The notes: generated by a model from the letters alone, not told the origin. 64,000 bases of DNA from Malacoraja senta (GCA_038087875.1 CM075988.1:11534001-11598000); one strand, 5' to 3'. Counted from the first letter of the stretch, positions 51,201 through 63,559 are shown. Translations and numbers: made by a program.

Positions 51201-52350
51201 AAAGATGGACACAAAATGCTGGAATAACTCAGCAGGACAGGCAACATGTCTGGATAGAAGAAATGCGGGTCGTTTCAGGTCGAGACCCTTTTTCAGACAA
51301 CTGAAGAATAGTTCTGAATAATTGTGGAGAAGGTGGGGATGAATTGTGCATTGGACCCTGCATCCCAATCTGGTGAAGGTGCTCCCATTGTGCCAGAATG
51401 CAGGGAATTCCAGGATTTTCACTTACTGCCAAAGAAAGAATGACAAAATATTTCCTGGTCAAGGTATTACATGATCTAGAAATGGCGGTGTTCCCATCCA
51501 CTGAAGCTGTTTAAGTAAATGTTGTCCAAGAAGTCTTGGTGACACTAGTGGAAAGAATAAATGCTTACAGTGATGTATGGCATGGTTTCTTAAATATTTA
51601 CTAAGTCATGAAACTTCATTCAGCATTTTAACAAGGGATAATTCAAGGTTTTTCCTTTCCTCAATACTAAAGAGAAGAGAAAATAATTGATGTGGTTATG
51701 AAAGTGGATTAATTCGTCCATGTGAACTTCACTTCACAATCCATCTTTCTTTGGTATTGGTTTATTATTAAGGTCATAAGGAATATGAATATAATTAGGC
51801 CATTTGGCCCATCAAGTCTACTCCACCATTCAATCATGGCTGAATTATCTCTCCCTCCTAACCCCATTCTCCTGCCTTCGCCCCATAATCTCTACACCTG
51901 TACTAGTCAAGTACTGTACTTAGATACGTGAAAGAGCTTTTGTTTTCAAATCAAATCTGATAATACTCTATATGGATACAATCAAACCATATACAAGTAA
52001 AAGTGCAGAGCGATTATATCGGATGTAGCAGATCCTCATCTGGGATCAGCAGGCATAGAAATGCCACTCTCCTCCACCGTTGTGCATCATTAATCCTAAA
52101 CGTGTGGGATTTGCTAATTATGATAGACGGATCTGAGGTAGTTAAAGTGCGTGAAAGACAAGGATGACTGAATGTGAGCAAAGGCAAAGCCATTGAGGCT
52201 TAATAGAATCTGACTATAAACAGAGATATGTGGTCAGGAATGAGGCACTTGTGAACCGCCTTTCACAATGTCGCATAGCATTTTGCAGACAATGAGGTGC
52301 ATGTATTTTAAAGTGACTCAACGTTGAAAATAAAGAGGCATTTGTGCACA

Positions 52351-52613
52351 CGATAGACACAAAGTGCTGGAGGCAAGCAGCATTTCTGGAGTAAAAGGAT
52401 GAGTGATGATTTGGGTCGGGACCCTTCTTGAGTCTGAAAGTAGAGGGGAGGGAACTGGGGGGTAAGAAAGGCCTTTACTTTCAGTCTAAAGAAGGGTCCC
52501 GACCCACAACCTCACCCATCCTTTTGCTCCAGAGATGCTGCCTGACCCGCTGAGTTACACCAGCACTTTGTACCCATCTTCAGTTCCTACCAGCATCTGC
52601 AGTTCTTTTCTAC
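52351..52613. mobile_element. Fold-back Penelope element with two opposed hammerhead-like motifs and a 13-bp TSD
   Basis: GCATTTGTGCACA at 52338-52350 and 52614-52626; motifs at ~52402-52434 (minus) and ~52483-52517 (plus). Confidence 0.85.
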
Positions 52614-53603
52614 GCATTTGTGCACAGCAGGGTCCACAAACTGCAATGTTTAATGATCTTATAGTTTACCTTCAAGTTGACTGCAGAATGATTATTCCCC
52701 AGGACAGCAGGAAAATACTTTTGCAGCCTCCAGAGATTGATTTTAATGTTATTTCACACAACGAAGAGTGGCTGAGCTTAAACATTTCAAGTCAAAGATA
52801 CGACCTCTGTGGAACAACAATTCCGTCCAAGCCCACCAGATTGTCTGCAAAAGTTTCTGTTCTAATTGTGAGAGTAATTCTTAGATCCGTCAGACTCTGA
52901 CGCCACAAGAATGCTCCCAAATGATCCATGCTTAATTTGAAACATTGCGGGAAGTGCCTCATGTGACTTTCAGCACTGTTTTTATTTGGAAGGCATTGCC
53001 TGGCACAACGACCTACAAATGCAAAAACTAAGTCAGTAATTACAAATGAAAGACCCACAACCTCACCCATCCTTTTGCTCCAGAGATGCTGCCTGACCCG
53101 CTGAGTTACACCAGCACTTTGTACCCATCTTCAGTTCCTACCAGCATCTGCAGTTCTTTTCTACGCATTTGTGCACAGCAGGGTCCACAAACTGCAATGT
53201 TTAATGATCTTATAGTTTACCTTCAAGTTGACTGCAGAATGATTATTCCCCAGGACAGCAGGAAAATACTTTTGCAGCCTCCAGAGATTGATTTTAATGT
53301 TATTTCACACAACGAAGAGTGGCTGAGCTTAAACATTTCAAGTCAAAGATACGACCTCTGTGGAACAACAATTCCGTCCAAGCCCACCAGATTGTCTGCA
53401 AAAGTTTCTGTTCTAATTGTGAGAGTAATTCTTAGATCCGTCAGACTCTGACGCCACAAGAATGCTCCCAAATGATCCATGCTTAATTTGAAACATTGCG
53501 GGAAGTGCCTCATGTGACTTTCAGCACTGTTTTTATTTGGAAGGCATTGCCTGGCACAACGACCTACAAATGCAAAAACTAAGTCAGTAATTACAAATGA
53601 AAG
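52501..53603 (+). repeat. Tandem duplication, 551-bp unit, apparently identical
   Basis: 52501-53051 repeats at 53052-53602; ORFs 52535-52900 and 53086-53451 translate identically. Confidence 0.97.
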
Positions 53604-54643
53604 CCCAAGAGAAAGAATTGGACCCTCTCGCCTTCTCATGACTTGTATAATGAAGTACAATATTGTCACAAATAACGCAAGCAAAATGCACAACAGGTTA
53701 TGTGCCTTAATGAAGATTTCATTGTTCTGATCTTAGCAGAAAAACTTAGCACAGATGCTAAGGGGGGGGGGGGGGGGGGGGGTGAAATCTCTCCAAAGTT
53801 AGAATGTTCACGGAAGCTAAAAAGCAGAATTGAACTCACATCCCAGTGTGGAATTGTTGGCACCTGATAAAATGCTGTAGACCTTAGCACAAGCTTTGAG
53901 TTTCTCCATGTGCCGACATGAACTGTTTGTGAGACATCTGATCCAGAAATGAAAATTGTCCATCGTCTGCACTAGGCATTAGACAATGGTCAACTCTTTC
54001 CAGTCGTATTAAAGTGGCTAAGTTTGGTCTCAAAATTATAAAATGTACACTTAATGCAAAGGGTTAAAACAATATATACGAGGAGGAGCTAATAGCAGTA
54101 GGCTTCATTTTTTTCTGTGATGGAAATAAATTGTGTTGATTTTGCTGAGAGTTTTTTTTTCAGAAAATCTTAACTGTTCTAAAATCTGGATTAATTAGTA
54201 CTCCCAGAATAAAGCATTTGTGCAGTTTGATATTAAAGGATTTTATATTATAGCATTTCAACAGGTGTTGGTTGATATCTTTCCTCATTTCCTCCCACGT
54301 ATTTGTTTCGTGCTACATCTTGAGAAAGTGGAAGCTCATAAGAATGGTCTGTTTTTAAGATACGCTGTAAGGTTTTGAAAGGGATAGCTCTGTCAATATC
54401 AGTATATGTTGAAAAAATGTCAAGATTTTTCTGGATGTGGAATTTTAAAATAACCTAGAGCTCCCTGCATTATTTTGGGTACAATCAATTCAATTATGTA
54501 TTTCCAATATGAATTTCCAACCACAAAAACAAAACACACAGCAGGCCGATATGACTAATGATCACCAGTCTATTGTTCTTTGGTATTCAATATTATCAGG
54601 AGTATGAAGTGAAGGGGTTGAGAGTCAGACTGGTCAGAAAGAT

Positions 54644-55528
54644 TGATGATTGTTTGCTGTACCGTCCAATTAAGTCAGCTGATGATGAAGATGCTCTCCA
54701 GAAGGACCTCGATGCAATGGTTGAGTGGTCACAACAATGGGGCATGCAGTTCAACCCTTCCAAATGTGAAACCATGCGTGTCACCAGAAAGAGGAATCCA
54801 GGCGAAACATCGTACAATATACTTGGTACCACCCTTGAAGAATCCAAACAAACCAAGTATCTTGGCATCAAATTGCAGAATGATCTGCGCTGGAATGGTC
54901 AGACTCATCATGCAACGGTGAAAGCAACAGGTGTCCTAAATTTTCGGAGGCGCAACTTTCATCATTGTTCAACTTCTGTCAAGGAGAAGCTATACTTCAC
55001 CCTCGTTAGACCTCATTTGGACTACGCAGTTGCAGCATGGGACCCATACACAAACAAAAACATTTCTTCCATCGAACGTGTCCAAAGACAGGCAGCTCGA
55101 TTTGTTACTAACACCCATGAGAGAGAAGCGAGTGTTACCAAACTTCTGAATTCTCTGGGGTGGAACCCTCTCCAAGACAGACGTGAAGCTCACCGTTTGA
55201 CCTGTTTTTACAAAATGTTAAATGGTTAGCTCGACATAGATTACAAGACCTACACCAAACCCAAACCAATTAGGAGCAGACGAGGGCATTCGATACAATT
55301 AGTGATTCCAGCTACCAAGACAGATATGTACAGCAATACGTTCTTCCCCCGCACAATTAAAGCATGGAATAATCTCCACCCTACTTTAGTTACCCAACCA
55401 GACGCAACTAAATTTAAGGTAGCTCTTTCTTCCCAAAAACCCTTTCTGGCTTAAGTCCTCCCTCCACCACCTCCAGTTTAAATTCCATTTGGAATATTTT
55501 GGAGGACCAAGAAACCAAGAACCAAGAA
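54644..55528 (+). mobile_element. 5'-truncated CR1-group LINE of invertebrate-like type, ORF2 C-terminus
   Basis: DDCLLYRPI..LQKDLD..W..QWGMQFNPSKC..KYLGI..LVRPHLDYAVAAWDP..ERVQRQAARFV; one stop at 55227-55229, frame continues (RGHS..FFPRTIKAWNNL) to TAA 55452-55454; tail of ACCAAGA(A) repeats. Confidence 0.9.
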
Positions 55529-55534
55529 AAGAGC

Positions 55535-55832
55535 TCCATGGCCCACTGAGTTCCAGCTAACCATCAAACAACCTAACACGCATTTACTGTACGTCAATTT
55601 AATTTTATTATCCCCAAGTGACTATCAACTTACCTCAGTCTTTACCATTCACCAATCCACCAGAGATAATTAACAGCAGCCAATTATTTTATCACCTTTG
55701 CGTGTCTTTGGGCTGAGGGAGCACCTGGAGGAAATCCATGTGGTCACAGGGAGAATGTGCAAACCCCACACCGATGCAGTGGGGGTTAGAATTGAACCCA
55801 GTTCACCGGAGCAGTGAGACAGTATCTCCACT
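55535..55832 (-). mobile_element. Old V-SINE
   Basis: GAGCACCTGGAGGAAATCCATGTGGTCACAGGGAGAATGTGCAAAC is the reverse V domain. Confidence 0.7.
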
Positions 55833-56204
55833 TATTAAGGAGAAGATTCTCCCAGAATATTGTTTGAAAATTTGTGTTACATTTTCTCCTAGAATATTAT
55901 GACTTTTCTAGGGAAAGGAATTATCAGCAACAAGCACTTCCTGTTTGGTGTATGGCTCGCTTAACTTTTAATTTAATGGGGCCTTTTGATTTATTATTGT
56001 GACGATGTAAACAATGTATTCTTAATTCCCCGCGAGACCGTGCACCTCCATCTCAGTGAATCCCAGATGCAGGGTGAAGGAACTTGTGCATTATTCCATA
56101 CAATTATCTTCACCTGTTAACCCAACAAGTGGCTGGATTAGTACATTGCCAATATGAAAGCAAGGAAATTGTTGAATGTAGTAAGAAGCTAGGAAACCTT
56201 GGGA

Positions 56205-57012
56205 GCAAAAAAAAGCAGAGCCTCTCGAGGAACTCAGTGGGTCAGGTAATATCTGTATCAGGAAATAGACAGTCAACATTTTGAGTTGATATCCTTCATA
56301 GAGTAGAAGTGAAGCAGCCAGCATGACGATGATGAGATGTAGGCAGGAACTGCAGATGCTGGTTTAACCCGAACATCGACACAAAATGCTGGAGTAACTC
56401 AGCAGGACAGGCAGCATCTCTTCTTCTTCTTCTTCTTCTTCTTCACACAGAGGAAAAGGGGCAGGGCAAGAGCTGGCAAGTGATAAGTGGATTCAGGTGA
56501 GGTGGGGTTGATTGATGATCACAGTCAGGTGGGGAGGGGAGGGATGGGCGGAGAACAAAAGAGTGGACTGCAGAAGAAAGGTTAAGAGAGGAGGTATAGT
56601 GATACAAGGGACTACAGCTGCTGGAATCTTGATAAATACAGAACGTTCTGGTGGAGCTCAGCAGAATCTGTGAATGGACAGACAATGTTTCAGTTCAGGT
56701 GCGTTTTTCAGACTGTTTGAGTAAGAAGGTATGGTGCAGGTTGGAACTGGGGAGAGTTTGGGATCCAGTGGGAGGAGTCTGAAGGTGATGGGAATATGGA
56801 GTAGGTATGGGCAGGGGGGAAGAAACAGGGTGATGGGGACTGGGTGGCAGTATTGTGGGAAGAAGTGTGTGTGAGATGGCCAGGGGAAAAGGAAGGAAGT
56901 GGAGAATTCAATGGTCATGGATTGAGTTGTAGACCCTCCAGCCAGAATATAAGCTGCTGTTTCTTGAGTCTACATTTGGCTGCACTCTGGCAACAGGAGA
57001 AGATGAGGACAA
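56205..57012 (-). mobile_element. Cluster of Penelope remnants (terminal repeats, UTR, degenerate ORF end)
   Basis: Reverse translation of ~56895-57010: CQSAAKCRLKKQQLIFWLEGLQ..TIEFS; terminal repeats at 56205-56300, 56338-56420, 56610-56715; (CTT)n at 56419-56443. Confidence 0.65.
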
Positions 57013-57991
57013 GCTGGATTTATTTAATGTTCAAAAGCAGATGTGTTCATTTATTAATTTCTTCTGCAAGGTAGAATTTGAATGCTGAACTGAATTTAAT
57101 TTTAGGCTATGTATGTGATAGTGCAATGTGTGAACATTTTTAGATGATAGAGAAAGTAATTTAATAACATCATCCTGGATTATTTTGAAGCCCTCTCTGA
57201 GAGGTAATGTGATGATGGGTAAGTACCCTTGAAGCATGGAGACTCCCATTATTTATTACTTTTACAGATACACTGGACTGTATAAAGTCCCATTGGTGTG
57301 CTCTATGTGATTTTACCTCGGTGAAAAGAAACATAATGGAAAACAAGGGACTTAATATGACCGGTCCATGAAGTTCCCTTTGGGTTCTCAATGCATTTAA
57401 TTGGATAATTAAAGGGGCTTCTCGGTTGCATTCAACAGCTAACAATAATAGCTGGACTCCACATGAGTAGTTGTCATTCATACAGAGTGGTCCATCCATG
57501 CTCTCTCAGGGCCATCCATGATGAAGAATGCTTCGGTGTTGCTCAAACAGGATCATCTGATCAAGTCCCAATCCATAGAGTCCTGCACTGGAACATAAAG
57601 GGTGGGTTTGGTTTAAGTGAAATACTGATTGTGTCTGGCCCTCAACACCCTCACCTTCCTGCTTCCACTAAAAACTGAAGCTTTGCCTGACCTCTGCAAA
57701 CTCACCGACTTGTTCAAGCCATGTAAATCGAACACAGTCCCAGCAACTACTGACTAATCTTTTCCAATGTCCTGACAATTGCACCTCAGATACACTCTCT
57801 AGAATTGTTTGTACTCACAGATGAATGACCTCCACCACAGCTCCATCAAAGGGCCAGATGATCGATCAGATCAGGGCCCTTCTTTCAAGGATGCCATCCC
57901 TTATATTAAAGAAGTGTTCCTACTCAAAATGCTGCCTGTCCATTCCCTCCCCAAATGCTGTTGACTTGCAGAGTTCTTCCAGCACTTTGTT

Positions 57992-58298
57992 TTTTAGTTT
58001 AGATTGGTTTGGTTTAGTTTGAGATAGTGTGGAAACAGGCCCTTTGGCCCACCAAGTCCACACTGACCAGCAATCACTCTGCATGCTTGTTCTATCCTAC
58101 ACACTTGGGACAATTTACAGGAGGCAATTAACGTACAAATCTGCGTGTCTTTAGTATGTGGGAGGAAACCAGAGCATCCGGGAAAAACCCACGCGATCAA
58201 AGGGAGAATGTACAAACTCCCTAATGACAGCACCCATAGGCAGGATCGAGCTCTGATGCTTTGAGGCAGCAACTCTACAACTGTGCCATTGTGCCGCC
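57992..58298 (-). mobile_element. V-SINE nested in a Penelope terminal fragment
   Basis: Host TCCAGCACTTTGTTTT (to ~57993) resumes as CTCAAGTTTCCAGCATTTGCAGTT (~58308). Confidence 0.8.
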
Positions 58299-59094
58299 TG
58301 TTCTTTGCTCAAGTTTCCAGCATTTGCAGTTTCTCATGTCTCCATTAAATTACTGGTACATTTTACCTCTGATTATGCTGCGAACATTGACCCATGCCCC
58401 CCCCCTCCCCCAACCCACCTTCTATCCACCTCCCACCCCTGTATTTCCTAATAACTGATGCTCAACCTAAAAGCTCTAACCAGCCTTTGTCATGAGACCT
58501 CGGCCAAAAGTTCCCCCTTGAACTCTCCAATGTCTGGCATTCTCCCTCACTCCCTGGGTCTTGCTGCTGTCCCTGAATATACCAAACATTCTTTCTGGAT
58601 TTTACAATGGTGAAGTTTGCGAAGAAGCAGCCCTGGATTGTGCAAGCTTTGGATATGATGCACTGGGTCTCACATTAACTTCCCAAACAACAAGCACTTG
58701 GACAGAGTGTTTGTTCATTGACACAATGTGAACTACCTGTTTAGCATGGGGTTTTTCCCAGCAATAACCTACTTCATTCTAGATATTTGTTCTTCATTAA
58801 AAACATCAATGAGCACAGCTAAATAATCTCATGATCAACAGATCAGATCAAAAGCTCCTGCACCACCTGGTCATGAATGATAGTGTAGCATTAAATAGCT
58901 CATGGCAGGAGGAGGTTTGAATAAACTTTTTCAACAACAATGACTGTTAAAAAACAATATTGAATCATCGACAACCATCTACAGCCAGAAATGCTGAGTG
59001 GATTATCCACCCCAACTTTCTCATAGGATTCCCCAAGATCACAGTAGGCAGTCTTCAGAAAATATAAACTCCCTCTTTGTTTTATCAACATACA

Positions 59095-59250
59095 GCATTT
59101 GACACATTAAAGGCTATGGGACCAAACAACCTTGCAGCTTTAGTACTGGGAAAACCATCACATGCTTGCACTCCCCACCATCCTCATTTGGAAATCTATT
59201 CCGCTTTCTTCATCCTTGCTGGGTACTGGAACCCTGCCAAAGCATATTGC
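59095..59250 (+). mobile_element. Degenerate LINE RT N-terminal fragment
   Basis: FDTLKAMGPNNLAALVL resembles the KA.GPD.I...VL motif preceding non-LTR RT domains. Confidence 0.4.
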
Positions 59251-59284
59251 ATGTGTACCATCAGCTGCTGGAGTTCAATAAGGC

Positions 59285-59722
59285 ATCTCACTACCATTGA
59301 CTCCATCTACACTTCACGTTGCCTCGGGAGACCTAACATAATCAAAGACCTTTCACAACCTGGTCATTCCTTCTCCCCACTACCATGAGGCAGAAGATGC
59401 ATAAGACACAGAAGTTTGAAAGTATACACCACCAAATTCAAGAAACAGCGTCTTCCCTACTGTTAAAAAGCTTCTGAAGGTCCTTCCATCATTTAGGGTA
59501 CAGTCTGATTCTCCTTTATCTCACTGTGGACATTGTCTCTCAGCTGTTGCGCTATAATGCTGAGAATTGTATTCTGCACTCTCTCCCTTTGCTCTAATTA
59601 TTGGACATGAGTTTGGCTTGATTGTATTTATGTATAAAATTGTCTAATTTGATTGGTTAGCATAGAAACAAAAATTTATTACTGTACCTCTGTGCACGTG
59701 ACATTAATGAAATTAAACCTAC
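59285..59722 (+). mobile_element. Rex1/Babar LINE 3' end
   Basis: IDSIYTSRCLG..NIIKDLSQPGHSFSPLP*GRR..RSLK..TTKF, matching the Rex1 C-terminal pattern; UTR ends GTGACATTAATGAAATTAAACC. Confidence 0.8.
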
Positions 59723-60199
59723 CTCTGGAGATTAGAGGGCAGTGCCGGATAGACAATAAATGCTGACCTTGCTGTGATGCCAATAAGAAAAATAATTAAA
59801 TTATGAATCTTATTGAATGATGCCACAGAAACATTACAATGTAAGGAGTCTGAATTTTGCTGATTGAAACCCACTAATGAAGTTGCCTGCGCATCTCTTT
59901 GTTTCAGAAACCGATTAGATTTTTATACGGGCTCAATTAGAATGCAGGTATACTATTATCATTGTAATTTTATTTTAATATGCCCTTTGACCAGCGTGAT
60001 CAGTGAAGTTTCAATTCCTGTAACTCTGGTAAACTCTTCTTAATATAAGCTTTCAAATGTTATTATTACATAACAATGTTAATGGTGTTTCTCAAGTGGA
60101 AAGGATTTATTGTCTGTTTGTAAGATCTTCATTCATCTATATTCACAATCTGTACGTCAATATTTTAGCCATTGAAACCAGAATTAGTCTTTAAAAACA

Positions 60200-60730
60200 A
60201 AACAAAATCTCTTTGTTTCACCCCCATTTTGTGGGATCAAGACAAACGCCGAAGGGTGTTGTGATCAAAGAACCAAGTCAATCGCTCCATGCAAACAGCT
60301 TAATTCCCCAAACTTACCCTGGCAGTTTCTGTCATGTATTAAGTTTTGACAGGAGGAATATGGCATATCTGACATGTATTTAGTCACAGTTGTCCACTAT
60401 TATACCAGCCCTGCCTTTCATTCTCATGCAGGCATTCTGACAGGAAGTGGATTGCTGAATTTGCATCATTTTTGTGTGATGTCCTTCGCTGAATTATTCT
60501 GAAGAGGGGGAAAAGTGAGAATATTTATTTTCAGCAAAGTGACTTTTGAATTCTGTTGTCAAGAGATTACCAGTCTGATTTTAACCTCTGTCACCTCAGA
60601 TTTTGATGACAAATGACAGCTGATTCTATTATTTGATCCTGCCAATAGCTAATTATTCCCATGAGACATCATGGTTTTTCATATAATTCTGCCCATTGTT
60701 GATGAGTCTAAAAATGAATTTGCTGTCACT
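60200..60730. promoter_or_regulatory. Candidate enhancer (TGACAG motif cluster)
   Basis: Six TGACAG/CTGTCA hexamers in 400 bp plus ATCAAAG (60264), CAGGAAGT (60441), ATTTGCAT (60459), CAGCTG (60617); no repeat recognised. Confidence 0.4.
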
Positions 60731-61344
60731 CCAGTTCCCTTGGTCCATGGAATTATTTTCTTTCAAAAAAAAAATGTTTTAACCAGTGCAAATAAACTTT
60801 TCCGAAGTTCATTGTAGGGATATGGAATGCGTTAAAAGCAAATTGTATACATAAGTGAAGCCAATTCAAATGTAATTATGAACAGGTAGATGCAGTGGAG
60901 GGAAGTTAAAAGAAAATCAATTTTCAGAAATAAACTTTCAGAAAGAACAGTTGCGTATGTGGGCAGAATCTCCCTGGCCTTTGCTCACCCGCCATATTCC
61001 TGTCCTTTTTTGATTTTTTTTCTTATCATTTCATTTTGTTTCCAACTTCTTGGAAGATCCACACTATCTCAAATATAATAATCATAAAATTGGTTGTGCT
61101 AAACTTTTTGCTTTGCACTGTAGCTACTTTCTTCTCAGAATTCTTTACCACTTGCATCCCCCTTCCCCCAAGTTTTATCTATAAGGTGGGGGAAACGCCT
61201 TATAGATAAAACAAACAAACAAAACAATATTTGTGCCGACAACTTTATCTCAATACTTTGATTCTTCTGCTCTGTAACTCAATTCTGTAAAAGCACCATG
61301 CTCAAAAAAATCTCCCGTTGCCAAATATTCTGTTTCACCTATGG

Positions 61345-61632
61345 ATATTTAAGGATAAGGGGGAAATCCTTTAAAACCGAGATGAGAAGAACTTTTTTCA
61401 CACAGAGAGTGGTGAATCTCTGGAACTCTCTGCCACAGAGGGTAGTCGAGGCCAGTTCATTGGCTATATTTAAGAGGGAGCTAGATGTGGCCCTTGTGGC
61501 TAAAGGGATCAGAGGGTATGGAGAGAAGGCAGGTACGGGATACTGAGTTGGATGATCAGCCATGATCATATTGAATGGCGGTGCAGGCTCGAAGGGCCGA
61601 ATGGCCTACTCCTGCACCTAATTTCTATGTCT
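61345..61632 (+). mobile_element. Young CR1 3' end
   Basis: LRIRGKSFKTEMRRTFFTQRVVNLWNSLPQRVVEA..GYGEKAGTGY* plus UTR. Confidence 0.92.
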
Positions 61633-62933
61633 ATATGGACTGGTCGGAGGGATATGAGACAAATGCAGGCAAATGGGACAAGCTTAGGTGGATCGTCTTG
61701 ATCGGCATGGTTGAATAAGGCTTGTTTCCATGCTCCTTGTCTCTCTGTCCCTTTTTGACAGGATGGTGTGGAAGTGACAGATTGTCAAAGGTCTGTGTGA
61801 TAGAAATGTGTCCATTATTCTGTATACAAAGCACAGAGTATAGTGACAAAGGCAAGAAGCACCCTTCTGAAATTAGGTTCAATTGAACTTTGTGATGAGG
61901 ATGAATGTTGATTCCGTTTCCAAAGAATAAATAGAAAGTCCATTTGGACTTGTAATTCACGGTGGTGTTGGGACATTGACCCATGGACAACATCAACAGA
62001 AATGAACGGCTTAACAGAAGAAGCAGTTTGGCATTGTCTGATGCCCAGTTGGAACGTATGAATGATTCAGCAAACTTCACCATGTTGTTTTGATGTTTAT
62101 TGAGCTTGTGTTTGGTGGATGCCCCAGTTTTACATGCAACTATTCAATAAAACAGGTGGACATGAAGCCTATTTTCAGGCACAGAATGTGAAGTCACCTT
62201 CAGATTGAAGGCATGAACAGTATTGACACAGGTAGCATGAGGCCAGGTGCTAAAGTTTATTGGCAGGGTTGCCTTGTTAGATAGTGAAACATTTTCTATA
62301 ATGGGTGTGTAATATTGGTCTTGAGTGAAAGGGGCAAGTAATAATGTTTGTAACACCCTAGAACTGTCTTGAGTGTTCAAATCAAATGCCTTGTTTATTT
62401 TAGCTGCAACAGATCTTTTCACCTGTCTTATTTGGAGCTTAAGAGATACCAAATTATTCATGACATTAAATTAATTTTAAAATTAAAGGACATTTGCCCT
62501 TTGACTTACAAAGGTTTCGAATAAAAAATTACAATGTATTGTTTAAAAGCCTGAAGTCATTTTTCTTAAAATTTCCTCCTCGGTGTGATAACATTCAATG
62601 TTTGGGAGCATCATTGAACCTGGGATGACATAGCAAAACTATGAATCATAGGACATGGGATGACTGCAAAACAATAATGTGTTTGCTGGGGTCCTGAGAT
62701 GGCAGGTGGGATGGCTACTTTTCCAGACAGTATGCAGTGAAATTAGGCCACAATCTCTCAGGATTGTTTTTCCTACAGTTTAACCCATTAAGTACTGAAA
62801 TGTTTTAGAAAGGCAGGAAATCAAATCAAATGCATCCTTCTGCATTTGTGCCCACACAGCTCCTTTTTTTTTTAGAAGAACCCAATATTTGTTATATGCC
62901 AGAGGATCTGATTTAAAATGTCATTGTTTTGTT

Positions 62934-63134
62934 GAAAATAGACACAAAAAGCTGGAGTAACTCAGCGGGACAGGCAGCATCTCTGGAGAGAAGGAATGGG
63001 TGACATTTCGGGTCAAGACCCTTCTTCGGTCTCCCATTCCTTCTCCCCACAGATGCTGCCTGTCCCGCTGAGTTACTCCGGCCTTTTGTATCTATCTTCG
63101 GTTTAAACCAGCATCTGCAGTTCCTTCCTACTTA
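62934..63134. mobile_element. Fold-back Penelope element with an 11-bp TSD
   Basis: ~63-bp inverted arms (62938-63000 and 63033-63095) around a minus-strand hammerhead-like motif; ATTGTTTTGTT at 62923-62933 and 63135-63145. Confidence 0.85.
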
Positions 63135-63559
63135 ATTGTTTTGTTTTTTAGTTCCCTATCGGTGTAGTGCTGATGAAACCTTCCTTTGATGGTTTTTCAC
63201 AGATTTACACACTCAATGCTAAAAGAGATTGGGAAATTAATTTAATAGTTGAACTAGAAGTGGCCATCAGTCTTGATTGCACTTCCGCAGTATTCCACAT
63301 GCCCTTTATTTGTCAGTCAGTTGAGTAGACTAATTCACAATCCCAAGTACTGGTAAATAAAGCATAAAGAAGGGATTTACAGTAAATGCTATGTAAACAG
63401 GGAAGGATCAAAGCAAACTGCATCAATCTACTGAACAATGTTGTTTTTAATTTTTCAATTCTGTATGTTACCACAAAAGTGCCCAAACGTGCTGTCCTTT
63501 CAAGATGATTTCACTGTTATTTTTGCCAAATCATCTAGTCTTGTCTCTCAACCCAGAAC

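Noticed and set aside
52535..53451. Two identical 121-aa ORFs as a duplicated gene
   Set aside because: They begin inside a Penelope repeat and are identical only because of the tandem duplication.
53762..53782. Poly-G run (another at ~40535-40549)
   Set aside because: Homopolymer of uncertain length; no evidence of function.
61631..62083. 150-aa minus-strand ORF
   Set aside because: C-terminus runs into an antisense CR1 tail; no recognisable domain.
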